Source: Acanthaster planci (lineage: Eukaryota). From it: a stretch of DNA of 64,000 nt. The DNA lies in NCBI RefSeq assembly GCF_001949145.1, contig NW_019091361.1, forward strand, positions 2,176,919 through 2,240,918, in the 5' to 3' direction. The translations under genes and the position numbers were made by a program. This document shows, piece after piece, positions 1 through 14,000 of this stretch. Numbering within the stretch: the first letter of the stretch is position 1; each line of letters begins with the position of its first letter. The notes beneath the pieces are model-generated. The model worked only from the letters and a program-made list of their open reading frames with translations. It was not told where the DNA came from and made no database searches.

Positions 1-279
1 CCTAGGTCTGGTAGCTGGTTTGCCCGTTGTATGCCTTGTATATGATAAGATCTGGCTCAAGGACACAAACATAAACTCTGAGACCAAGACCCTAGATAAT
101 AAGGAACCCCGCAGGCCAGAAGCCTGTCATTTTTACCTGGGGAAAAAGAGATAGTCTTGAATCCAATGGTTGGAGTCAACCCCATATGGGCCTAAGGTCA
201 GAATGTGGCCTTGCAAAAGGGTTGATTCAAGAAAGTGACTTGATTGGAACCCATAAAATAGGATGCTGCTTAAGGACAC

Positions 280-372
280 ATACTCCTAGTCCTGACGACT
301 GGATTCGAACCCTCACACAATGTACTGCTTAGCGTGGTGCCTAGATTGGAACCCACACGCAGACCTATAGGA
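280..372 (-). mobile_element. tRNA-derived SINE head, degenerate
   Basis: B-box-like GGGTTCGAATCC on the minus strand (ggattcgaaccc at 301-312); no complete cloverleaf. Confidence 0.35.
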
Positions 373-2096
373 CTGAGTGTGATGTCTTTAGGTTCAGGGA
401 CACAGACGTAATGTACTCGCTGTAGACAAACCTCATCATGTAAAAAGAAGTGCTGCAAAATACCAGTTTTTTCTGGTAAAAGTCTTGATAATTTTTCTCT
501 GTCTCTGAGTAATTACAGCTTTGTAGTGTTTTCGTGAAGTGCATGCAAGTGGTGAAACATCGATGCACATGTGTCACAACACTGTTCAAACAAAATGACA
601 CTTGCATTGACTGTAAATTTGACGGAGGCGGCTAAAAAAAGAGGGATTGCAAAACCATGGCGATTACGTTTTGAAAATGCCAGTTTACATTGACTTCTGT
701 TGAAATGATAGAGTGGCTTAATGATGTTATCTGACACAGATATCTGTTTTCAGATATCTCTACTACGACTACAGTCAATAGCCAAGATAAGGTACCAGAT
801 CATCTCGCCAGCCACTGCATGACAAACTGGTAATGTGTGTACAATGTGTGTCGTGTGTTTATTACAGCACTTGAAGAGTTCATAACTCATGCTGTCGCGT
901 TCAACCGAAAGAAGCTTGGTCGATGGTAATAATGTATGACTTTGATTTGCCTCTATGAGAAGGGAGGGGTAGCTGTGATAAGACAGGTCAGAAGATCATA
1001 AAACTCAACTTGATATCTCGCTTTGTGTATGTACAATGTGGTATTTATGACATAGGGCGATCTGTTGATACAGTACTATAGCGGCTGCGGACACAACATG
1101 AATATTCGTTCAGAACGGTTTTTAGCTCTTGCGCGCCATTCTTGCAGTGTCAAAAGCCGTCTTTCATAAAGCAGTTTGAGGGTAAGCAATACATACATTC
1201 ATGGGCGTAAATCCTGGGGGGGGGCTATTGAATCATCTCCCCACTTTTTTTGTGATGAGCAAAAAAAAAAAATAAAGCCGATTGTGAAGAATTTACAGGA
1301 TGTCCCAAAATGTTTGCACTATCACTAAAAAGGGAAAGCAATTTTTAAAAGCCATAAATATACCATTCCGATGTAAGATTCTGCATGAATTTGATAAACA
1401 TTACCGATGTACGTCTTCATCATGAACATCGCCCCTATATAGTGTATATGGTGTCCCCTCCCCCATCCCTGCTTTTCAAATTTCGATGGCCAGGCAAGTC
1501 ACCCCCAACCCTTTCTCATCCCCCATTCCTCCAACACATATTTACGCAACTGCATGCATGCAATGGTTACAGGACATCATATTCATTCCCTCGAAGGTCG
1601 TTCGAAAAAAGTTAGATTGAATAAGCACGAACATTACATCTATAACCCTTATATAAAATGATCTAGTCCAAACTTCAAGAGCCAGACCAAGCATCAAGGA
1701 AGTTCAATATCAGCTTCCCATCCCGTCCCATTGGGAGACTTCGGGACACGTGAGCTAATGTGCGCATGCTTAAAGTGACGCAAACAGTTCTTTTTCTGAC
1801 AGAAAAAACGTTACGTTTACCTTTTCCTCATTCTGATGTATACGTTGTCGGTTGATACATCATGCGTAGATCAGTGATACGTTATCGGTCAGAATTCCTC
1901 TTTTAAATTACATGATCCGCCTTCAGGTGATTACACAGTCGGTTAGAAATTCTACTAAGTGACACTGTCGGTCACTTAGATACATCATTGATTGGGGATA
2001 CAGTATTGCTCAATTTTGCGATACAAACTCGGTTGGTGGTACATTATCAGTTGTAAAACCTTGATCATAGGACGACTGGAAACTTGAAAGCTAAAC

Positions 2097-5000
2097 ATGC
2101 CGCGTTTTCCAATTTTTACCTGCAATGTATTCCTGCCGTTGCTTTTTCTCTGGGGGTATGTTCACCTAACACCTCCGCACGTCGTCGGCTTTGAGCTAAC
2201 CATCATACACACCAACGATGTGCGGGCCCGATTCGAGCCAGTCAGTGCCAGGTACGGCGGGGAATGCACCGCTGACATGGAAGCGAAGGGAACGTGCTTC
2301 GGTGGGCTGGCCCGTCGGGCCGCCAAAATTAAAGAAATACGCGAATCAAGCGAGAACGTCCTTCTGCTTGACGCCGGTCATCAATTCCAAGGGAGTATGT
2401 GGTTCTATGTCAACAGGGGCTTGGCAACGGCACACTTCATGAACAGACTGTCCTATGATGCTATGGTGAATATATCGTGTTTATAATTATCCAGTCTGAT
2501 TCTGTCTTCGATGACTGTTTTAATATTTTGTATTCCATGAAAGTTGATTGGATATTAAGTTTGACAACTTTTTCCCAAAGATATCCCGTGTGTTCAACTG
2601 GCACTATCGCTGTTTTGGGATATTCCCTATACAGGCAATCGGACAGCACGAATTCGACTTTGGTGTGGAAGGTTTGGCCAGGTTTGTCAACAATTTAACA
2701 TTTCCAGTGATAGGTAGCAACATTAATACCAGCAAGGAGCCTAGCCTTAACCGTCTGGTACTGAAACAACATATTGTTCAGTTCGCCGATGGGCAGAGGG
2801 TTGGCCTCGTTGGCTACAGCTATGCAGAGACGCCAGATATTGCAAATACCGGTATGATATTTAACTTTCCCCCCTTCTCCGAATTAATACCATCTGATAT
2901 TCTCGTATGCTATTTGTCAACATTTGTGTTGAGCCAGAAGCCATTTTGTTAATTGAATGGCCCAATCGCTTCAGGTGTCCCAAATGTGAAAAAAAAGGCT
3001 TTTCTTATTTTTGTGTGTCAAATTGATTGTACAGAAATAACTACAAGTTAAAGGTTACTTCGTCATTAGGCTCTGGGTGAAGAAAACCGAAACGATATCT
3101 TGTTAAATTTCCTGACCCGGTGTTTAATACTGAGCAAAATAGTTTGAAAGAAGACGAAATCGTGACTGGGGCGCACCCTTCTGTTACCGGAAGCTGCTTA
3201 TACAGGGCTGCCATAACTTCAATGAACTGCAATAAAATGACATCTCAAACCGTATGCTTACAGCTTATCTTCATTCTTAATTAATTCTTTCAAACTAAAA
3301 GTTTGGATGATTTGATTCAGCCTGTGAACAAAGCAGTAGAGGTGCCTTAAAACTGTCCCATGTCACAGGTCACTTGACGTTCCTGGATGAGGTGGAGGGC
3401 TTACAACCGGTCGTGGACAGTCTTGTGTCCCAGGGTATCAACCAGATTATTGCACTAGGACACTCCGGCTACGACCGAGCGCTAGTCATCGCCAATACAC
3501 TGATAGGCGTAGATGTAGTGGTCAGTGGGCGCGATTCGACCCTCTTGCATACAGGTAAACATTGGGCTTTGTCTTCCCTTCCCCCATCCAGACCATTATT
3601 CATACCCCAACCGAAACTACAGGGAAAGTCTCATCTGAGTGAGAGGGATTCCCAACATACATAATTCAATAACTTATTCTATTACATACACCAATGATAC
3701 AACATGCATGTGTGTCTGTATATTAATGCCACTCCAACTTCCACTCTAACAAGGATCTAGACTGCAGCTTTTATGACAAATGCACTGATTTCTTTGGTGT
3801 GATATCCGGCCCACATACCCCGCACGTAGGCCTAGTTTGAAAACCTTCACTGTCTGACCCAGTCGGGAAACATTATGACATGACCCACTTGTCAAACAAC
3901 AAACCATTATAACTTGAAATACACAAACAAGAAACCCTTGTATACAGTCGGCGATGCGTTTGCCTTTTACTAAAAGACTTTGAAAAGAATTTTAAGCAAT
4001 TGTCTGGTACATGAGTTTGTCAAACAAGCAGAGTAACACAAAAGCACGCTCGTTTGGTTGCGTTTACCATCGTCGCCGAAGGGAATTCTTCCTTTGATGA
4101 ATTGATGCAACAGACTAATAATTGAAAGGCTGTATTGCAGCTGGGAAGACAGGCCCGTAGGCTGGGGGGGGGGTCGGGGGTCAAACGAACCCCCCCTGCT
4201 CGCTTCTGAGTTCCGCTCGGTTGTTGTTTTTTTTTTAAATAAATATATAATTGTAATATACCGTAATTTTCAGAATATATGGCGCAGTTTATACATTGAT
4301 TCTCATGCGGAAAAATATCTCTGCGGTTTATAATGAACTGCGGGCGGGTTATACGGCAACATTTAAAGAATGAAATCAGTCACTAAACGCTGCGCCATGC
4401 CTGCAACGCAGCTGAACCCAGGCCGCCGCTGCGCGCCGCGGCCGGCCAGCCACGCGTACCAGCGGCGCAGCGTTCCGGGCGCGGGGACAAGGCAGTCATG
4501 TTTTCATTGGTTACCGTTCACATTGGCTCTACTCATGTGTTGGTGAAGGAAATCAGTCCAGAAAGACTGAATAGACTTGTAAATGCACGATAAGTACCGT
4601 TCACACCTCACCGATGTGTGGTACGTCTGTTCGTTTTTGTCTTTTATGGTTGTGTAATCCATGTTGTTTATCATTTTACTGGTCTTAAAAAGTATTGTTG
4701 CATAGCCCACCCAGCAAGGACACTAAAACAATTTCGAGGACTCAAGAAAGTTTAGTTTTAATAAAAACACTGGTTTGCACGCTGCTCCACGTTACAATTG
4801 AAGAATGCGCTCCGGAGAGTGGCGCGAACTCTGTGGCACTTCGAATTTTCGTTTGGAACGTCTGTGTATGGAGCAATATCTTACCTCCAGTTTCACGAAA
4901 GGTGAAATTTAATCAGACTCCAAATATTCTGATTCATAAATTTCGATTTCATATAACCGCTACAAAGTTCCGATGACATATTAATTTGGTCCGTTTTTCC

Positions 5001-8000
5001 GACTTTTTTTTCCGAAGTGCAAAATGAAATGCGCCTCAAAACATTTTTCCCCATTTTTAGTTAGCTGAGTAAAGGTTATGATGATTTACTAGAATTTATC
5101 ACTTTTTTAGAACTTCTGAGAATTTTTGTGGGATTTTCTGAGAATTTTTTAATAATCATGGTCATATCATTCACTCGTCACCCAGCGCCAGATTCAAGGT
5201 GCTGAGTGAAGAGCAAATTCATATACCAGGCCAATTTACAATAGACCTACGCTGTGAATATTGAAAACTGAAGTAGTGGGCCTATGCAAGTCTATACATG
5301 CATCCTTTGGTTCGCGACAAACATGGAACTTGTTTGAGTTTGTGTTCCAAAGCACATTATGATAGGCCTTAGTATAAAACTGTGTGTTCACAGTACCAAA
5401 AGTTCCACTTTTGGGTTTGACGAACCCCCCTAGTGTCTGATCAGGCAACGGGCCTCGAACCCAACAAGGAGATATTTTTCAAGATGTATTTTTGCGTTGG
5501 GGAGATGTCAATTCATATAACGGGTTTTGCCCTTACCCAACGTATATATTAATAAACACTGTATGCTCAGTGCTTGTCCGAGAGCTTGCGAAAAAAAGTC
5601 ACAAGCTTATAGTCCAGTCCAGTGACAAATGAACTTTGATGATACTGCGATCATTAGCAGTGGCAGATCCTAGTTGCATGGGCACATCAGGTAGTTAGAT
5701 CTTGTTTCTGCAGCTGACATGAATCTAACGAAGGGAATTGAACAGTGCCGGTGGCTCCTTGGATATACCACAGCATAATCACGATGACACCTGTGAACAA
5801 GTACCGAGAAAACCTGTTTTTATGTCTTAAACATTGTTCATTTGTAACATCTCTGAAGAAATTACAGTTATTTCTGAAGGGAAATGGCTTTGCACGACGA
5901 CCGTCATATGGTGAACACATGTGTTGTAGAAGTAAACAAACTAAATATAGCACACTGTATCTGGGGCGCTGAAAGTTGCGTGATCCTGGGTCACCAGTAA
6001 CCAATTGAAAGTTAGCGCATTGGGCGTGAGGCTGGAAACAATGGGTGCGTTCGATTAGCTTACACGTGTAAGTCAAACGTACACGAGAGCGTTTGTTTAG
6101 CCATCACGTCATCTTCGTGTCTGCCCTGGTGTCAGCCACCACTACCCCAGCTAGCGCTAGCGGTGGGTCTCTGGAGCTCGGAGGCTGCCCGAGTGTAATG
6201 ACGTCACGGATGGACTATTCGTGCATGGGCGCGTGATGGAAGTGGCGGGGACTCGATCTTTTTCCCAGAATGCCTTGGCGAATACGCTGCTGCGTTCGAT
6301 TAGCCTCATTTCGAGGCTTCCCTTGGTGTAACGCCGATGTATTCAGGGAAGCTAATCGAACGCAACCAATGTTGTCGGGTAGGACATGAAAACGAATGGA
6401 AAAACGGGTGTGTTCGTTGCATGCATGGGACAGACGACACACGAAAAAGGACTGTCAATGGCGTCGGACATCACGGGAAGGATGAAGTAGTGGCGGCTGC
6501 ACCGGCGCAGCACCAATGGCCTGATGATGGGGGAGGGATAATCTTATCCAACTTGTAATTCACTGACTGGAGTCCTAGCTACCCGAGGAGCCATCTGAAA
6601 TAAATCGACTGTGTGTTCATGTCGCCTTGCATTGTGATCGTCCGAACTGTAGCCCCAACTCGATTCACACGAATCAGGCCGACATGGCATTTCACTACAT
6701 TTCTATCATTGATCAACCCAAAGTACATAGCATACATTCCAAATTGATATGATTGAACTGTTTATGACTTTCCTCAAAAATGATTTGAAAATTTTAAAAA
6801 ATCATGTCAACTTCAACTATACGTGGAATATTGAAAGTCTTGAAAAGGGTTAATGTATGAAATTTTGATGCAAGACAATCCGAGGTAAAGGGTCATCCAT
6901 AGAAGTTGCTATTTTTTGTCAAAAGTTTGTAAAATTAATCATGTATATGTAATATATACACTTCAAAAGGTCACCTAATTTAGAATCTAAAAGGTTGCCT
7001 AGACACTTCTCATTATTTTCATTTTTGCAGCATGTTTTACCGATGTTATTTACCGGAAGCTTAACAATTAGAATTTCACAGGACGAACCTTTTCTTGATC
7101 AAACATCAGAGAATTTTAACGAAATTTGTCTTCCAACTCAGGGCCTTTTATTCAAGTTTTCCTTGTGTATTAAATTAGATTTAACAAAGAGAGAAATCAA
7201 AACACAGTCAATTCTTATTAGACATTAATCAAGTACACAGCAAAGAAAAAAGGCCCCATTTAGTACCGAATTTAGCAGAATTTCCGTTAGAGGTATCTAT
7301 AGATTTCTTTTCAAATCGTCTTTAAACAATAAAAATGATGGTTTACCCCCGTTCATTTCATCTTTTAAATATGGAAGCGGCAAAGCAAAGCAAGCGAAAT
7401 AAATTAAGTACATTCCTGGAGTTATTATATTCCGGAGAGGATAATTTTGTTATCCAAAAGCATATCCATACTCAAGGTATTTGTAAGCTAATCGCCGATC
7501 TGATTCCAAAAAGAGGTGGAAAACTCAAAAGTACAAAAGAGATGCATCAAGGTTTCACCCTCGGCTTGACAAAAAGAACACAAGTTATTATCTCTTTTAC
7601 CAATTTTAAACAAATAAGAGTTACCGACCAAGATGTAAGTCTCTATTGAATTTTTAACACAATTTAATAACGCCACGACCTCATACCTGAATAAGTAATA
7701 CCATTTCCTAATACCCACTTCTATAAAAATCATTTCAAGCAGTCAGGGTGAAGCTAAAGATCAAGAGTTGACCCCATCATGATCTGCAGACTTGCAAGCA
7801 ATACAACTTGAGGTTCCCCACTGTCATGCAGTTTGTCATCAGAACTCATTTTGTATCTGTCAAAATAGTCATTTAGAACAGTGCACACTGTAATTAAGAC
7901 CAATTTAAGAAATGTTCACAGGAATATCCGTGATACTTCAATGGAAAAATTGAGCTGACTTTTAATTCCTGGTTGACCATATCAATAACTCATGTTCTGC

Positions 8001-11000
8001 CTCAAGAGGGTAAGGTTTCTTGCCCTAGACTCATAAACTGCTTGTGTGTGGTTAAACAGCTTGAACATCGACAGGAGTAGTAATTCCGCAGCAAGTGTGA
8101 ACACTATTTCGACAATGTATCAGTCTCAATTTCCCAATATCTCATGTCGTTTGTGTGGTGCGTTGTGGTATGTGGGTGCAACATGGGTACACCTGTGGTT
8201 GTTTGTACGTACATGTACATGTACGTAGGACATAAAAGTAACGCTACATGGTACAGCAAGCTGCACGTGCCATGGAGCTATGGTTCGGTGGAACACTGTT
8301 CTAACAAGGTCCTTCGGATTCCCAAATTACCTTGTTATAATAGTTACCTTGTATTATCAGTAATGGAAAACAAAGAATTGGGACCTAAAATTGTCCTTGT
8401 TATAGACGCGACCTTAGCAGTGCTCTTCTTGTATGTAGGGGCAAGACTACAAGAGCGAGATAACTTTACAACTTTTGACTCTATAAAAACGAACCTCGAG
8501 GACTGTATGGAATGTGAAAAATTGAACCTTGAAATTGTACAGAATTTTGTGAGTTAAAAACAATTGGCCGTGTTAATCTTCCGAACTCATAATCTTTTCT
8601 TCACTGTGTTTTTTCAGCTTCGGCTTTGTGGTCCACTATTTGGCACATATTCTGTCATTAACAAACTGGGGTCGTACGTCACAGTATGCTGCGCAATGGT
8701 GGCATCATGTACGTATGTCTAAATACGGGCACAATGCTTTGTATACAAGTAAGGCCAAGGCTGTATACACATGTAGTATTACATGTACTAACACAGTGGC
8801 AGTGCTAAGCGGTAAAAGTCATACATACATGTACACAAACGGCTGCTCAAAGGAAGTGCATTTTGAAGAAGCAAAATCAAATTGTGCCAAAACATTTTTT
8901 ACCCCGTGCTACGCTTTATTCCTACTTTATCCCATACACAAGGATCAACCTGTCCCAGACTTTCTGACCTTATGCCTATCCCTTGCCAAAGGTCAATCTG
9001 TACCAGAATTTTTCACCCTACACCTCATTCCTATTCATATCATTATCATATTATTATTATACTTATGCATATTTATGAGCTTTCCCTTTTCTGGGTCAAA
9101 GGTCAAAGTATGCTCAACTGACACTTTGACTGACAATTTGGGAAGCATGAATTCTAAGTAGTGGGGGCACTACTTAGAATTCATGCTTCCCAAATTTGTA
9201 GATTTGGCACGTTCGAGAACTGATGGTGGCGTCCGGGTAAACGACGTATGTTGAATGGCTGCCAATATGAGTGCTAACAAATAACCCAGCACACCCCGTG
9301 TTTCACCGATGCTTAATATACGACCAAACCTAGATCTTTGACTGAGTTAATCCTCGTTCTTTTTACACAAAACTGGCGGCGAAAAACCAAACTCCATTTA
9401 GTCTAAAGGGTGATGTGACAAAATGTTAGAGGTCATGTGTTTTCTTTAGAAATTGACGAGTGGCAATTTGTGGAAACCAACACCACCACTAATCTTTGTG
9501 AGTTAATGGCTTTTAACATACACGCAGCAAAAAGACACTAGTCAAAATGACATCTTATTTTAGTCACTACTGATGCCAGATTAGTCATCAACTAAAGACA
9601 ATTAGTCATTTGGAAATGACTGAACAGAATAATTATTTTGACAAAAAAGGAAGCCCTGATGACGGGGTTTTTTTTAGAGATGCCCAAACAAGTAAAATTT
9701 TTGTTGCAAGTTTGAATACTTTTGACCTTGGGTGTAGTGTTTCTTGGTCAAATCACGTTCATGGTTCGTGCCTGTGCACCTAGATACGTCTTTCAAACCC
9801 ACGTCCAACCATAGTTCAGAATGGGGTAAGAAATTGGCAGAAAACAATTCATCGGTTTGAGTTGATTTTCTTTAATTGTCCAATGTTTGTTTTTAATGTG
9901 TGGTAACTGTAAAGTGTGTAATTTGTCACTTTTTGCGCATGTGCTGTTGTATGTTGAAAATGAGTAGAGGTTAGGGTCACATTACATCCCAACTGGCAAT
10001 TTTCATTGACTCGCTGAAACATTTCCCCATGAGGTGACAAACCCTCGACTGAGACGCCAAAAGGTGACTATCCTGCAGTGGTCCATCCAGACCATAACCC
10101 AACGGCCACTGTGTTAGTGGTCCAAGCAGCCCAATACGGCAAATACCTGGGCAACTTGAGTGTATGGTTTGATGACAGCGGTGTTGTTTCAGGATTTGGC
10201 GGGAACACCGTCCTACTGGATGACAGTGTGGAGGAAGGTATACAGCAGAAAATGTGTTACTTAAACAATTAACATTTTACAGTCATGTTTAAATGCTATA
10301 ATCATGTTTACAGTGAACATTACCAATTGGATATGGACATTGAACGGTTTGGCTTGTAAACATGTTGAGAGTGATAGCAAGATTGTGTTTAATTGCCAAA
10401 CACCTGCCGTTTTAAAGAGCATGGCGTTGAAATTTTGAACTGAAATTTAAACAAAAGTACAGAATTTGCCTTTTTCGGACTCACTGGCAAGCAAACTGGA
10501 CGTTGCATGCTGCTTGTAATGTGACGTTCACAAATCTGCTCCAAGAGCAGGTTAAGGCTAGTTTTCTTATACAGTTCAGGGTGGTTCAGAACTGTTCGGA
10601 TGTCGCTATAGTAACTGTATTTTTTAAACTTTGTTGTGATGTAGATTCAGAATTGTATAGTCACAATATTTCAGTTAAGGACAAGATTCTTTAGTGGTTG
10701 GCTTGGATTACCGTGAAATTGGTACGTGGTATTCAAGGAAAATACTTCATACACTTGAAAAACTCCCGGGTCAGTTGACCCATACATGGGTCCCATTCGG
10801 CGTGGCCTATATCCAGGTCAAAAAATGACCCAGAGAGGATCACATATGACCCAGAAATGGTCAAATATGACCAAAAGGGGGTCATATTTTGACTCAGAGA
10901 AGGGTCACGCCGATTGGCACCCAATTCTGGGTCAATCTGACCCGGGAGTTTTAGAGAGTAGAGAGTAAGTAAGTAAAGCGTACGATATCTAACTGATATG

Positions 11001-14000
11001 AAACATTTTTTTTTTATTATTAAGACCAGGAAATTTTAAAGGAGATGGAGCCTTGGAGAGACCGCGTGACTGAAGTAGCCAATCAGGTGGTCGGACAGAC
11101 GTTGGTGGATCTGGACTTCGCGGCTTGCGCCTCCGCAGAATGTGCATTGGGGAATCTTGTGGCAGACGCTATGCTGTTCCCCAACTTGAACACATCGGAC
11201 GGTTGGAGCGATGTTAGTATTAGCATCACGACTACCGGAAGTATGGTCTCATCTGCAGGCGTTGGTGAGTTTTGTCTGTTTAGTCGTGATTTCTTCCCTA
11301 TGCACGATCTTATTTCAACTGTCATGCAGAAATGAAGTATCAGCGCCTTGAAAATTTAGAAATATGTATATTTTTTTAGGAAAGAGCAAGCTATGTTTTA
11401 TTCAAAACATCATTATATTGTGCTGAAGGTAATAAAACCGAATCAGGTCTAAATGAGAATCGGAAGGTGCATAATGTAACCGAATGATTGCCATTTGCAA
11501 TCCAGATGAAATAAAAACGAAGCGGCACAACAGTGTTATGAGGAAAATGCTAGTACCATTCAAAATTTCATCATTGTAACATAGTAATCGCCGCAGCAAA
11601 GACCAGACCAAAAACAGCGAGCTTTATTATTTTTGGATATCTCCTGTGGCAGCCCCTACATCTGGGGAACTCTCAGACGTACTGGCATAGTCTTTCCTCG
11701 GGTTTTGAGAGAGCTTAGACGAGGACCTTCAATCGTGTAAGGACCCACCAGGGATGCCTTAACTGTCCTGGCTGAGTTTTTCTATCTTCTTCAGACTAAT
11801 CACCCTTTGCAGAGGCAACTGTGACACATGAGCATTCCTGGTGGAAACAAACCAGGGTTATGGTAGTTACCGGTTTTAAGCTGGTCTTATATGGTGATAT
11901 AGTCTGGCGCCAGGGATCATGACCAACAGTCGGGCAGGCTTTTTAGCTTCATTTATAGCTACCGCCCGCTTAAATCATGAAGCATCTTGCCCCTGATCAG
12001 TAAAGTGCTATAGTTAACCTCACGCTGCCATCATGGGTGTGCTGGGATTAGGGTCTAGTTGTTAACCCGAGAAGCCTACACTTAAATTTGCCACATGGAA
12101 CGTTCGGACAGTGACCATTGGAATGTCTACCAACAATGATTTGGATAGCGGAAGACTGCAGGCAAGAAAAACTGCTGTCATCAACCATACATTCTTGAGG
12201 CGAAATGTTCATATTGCTGCCCTTCAAGAGACTCGTCTATCTGACTCGGGTTCTATCTTGGAGGAAGATTTCACTTTTTTCTGTTTCGGCAGGCCAGCAG
12301 GAGAACCCCAAATGTACTGAACTGGTTTTGCAGGGAGAAACAACCTGCTCTGTGGCATTTAGATTCCAGAAACAGTATTCGACAGGCTCCTATTCTTCCA
12401 GATGAAGAATGCAAGACAGGGAAGTTTACTTGTCTTTTCAGCATATGCTCCTACACGTAAGGCAGACCCAGAAACCAAAGATAACTCCTACAACCAGTTG
12501 TAGGGAATACTGAGACACTCACCTGATAAAGAGAGAATTATGATGCTTGGAGACATGAATGCAAGGATTGGTATAGTATCTATGAGGACTGGCCTACTTG
12601 CATTGGCAAGTTGGTGTTGGACGTTTGAATGAAAATGGTCAACGCCTTCTAGAACTGAGCTAGCTGCAGGAATAACCTGATGGTAACCAACACCATGTTT
12701 TCCGGTCCCGTCTCTCAGAAGGTCTCCTGGTATCACCCTCTTTCACGCCATTGGCATCAGTTAGAATTTGTTATTGTGAAGCATGTCGTATTGAGGTGCA
12801 CAATACTAGAACATTTCACAGTGCTGACTGTGAGACATATCACGGCTTAGAAGTTTCTAATATAGTACTTCAAGTTAAACCATAACACCATCACACTCTG
12901 AAATGTGTGAAAATCGATATATCTCAAACTTCCCAACCACATCAGAAACAGGCTTACGGTGAGAAGCTCTCTGCTGAGCTTGAGAAATTACCATAGAATT
13001 AATTGGGATTCTGAAACCTAATGGGATGTATTCGTAGTAGTGCGCATAAGATTCTTTCTTATTCGTATACTTACTTCTGCCTCTGTATTACTTATAGGAC
13101 ATTTCCTCAAACCCCTACTCATCAAGCTTAAAGATAAAAACAGCTCCGTCACGTGTCCACATCCGGGTCCCTGTACTATCCTCTCCACGCATGCGCACCA
13201 GTGTTTCTTTAAGTATCCTCCCACTAATTCGTGTTTTTTCTCGTGTCCCAAAAAAACTACGAAGCTGTAAGGAATTTACAGGTATAGGCGCACATCAGTG
13301 GTGAGTGAGTGTAATTTTTACACCTTTGTCAGGTGTAGATTAGTATTATAGTTTGCTCTGTCCGATTGAAGGTGGCAGCTTAAAGCAAAATTTTAGCCCG
13401 TCTGCGGATCTCTCGTGGGGAGTTCCAGTCATGGCGGCTACCGAGTGTACGGAGCGGGAAAATATGGCTGACAGCCCGCATCCTACCGTAATGACGAAAC
13501 CGTGTTCCAGTGGAACATGTCGTAGGGTTCTGGGGGTGGATGACCCACACTCACTGTGCTTTAAATGCCGTTTTGGTTCTAATGGGCATACCTAAGATCT
13601 GGGTCTGAAGATGGGCAGTTTATCCTCAGAATTATGGTCTTCCTTTGTGAATGAGGCTAAGGAAAAGAACAAACAGAGATTGGCAGATAAGGCAGCGGCT
13701 TTGTAATCGCCAGGGGCTCAGTGCAGCCCCACTAATGCCCCCCGTGGTGCATTTGTCGACAGGGCAGCGTTCCAACAAAGTCTCAATGACATTGAAAAAC
13801 GCATGCAACATATATGATGCGGAGTATGATGCAAGGTTGGGCCCACAAGTTGGGCCCTTCAAGAGGAGTTAACCCCCCCCATACTGTTTCCCGTATGGGT
13901 GATGAGGCCCCTCCCCTTGGCCAGTCGGCTTCCGTTGAAGGTCAGGGTATGAGGCATATTCAGCCAAGGTCTCCCGTGCGGGGCTCCGTTGGCTCTGAGT

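Noticed and set aside
8144..9161. 137-aa and 177-aa intronic ORFs
   Set aside because: No recognisable domain; they lie in repeat-rich intron sequence.
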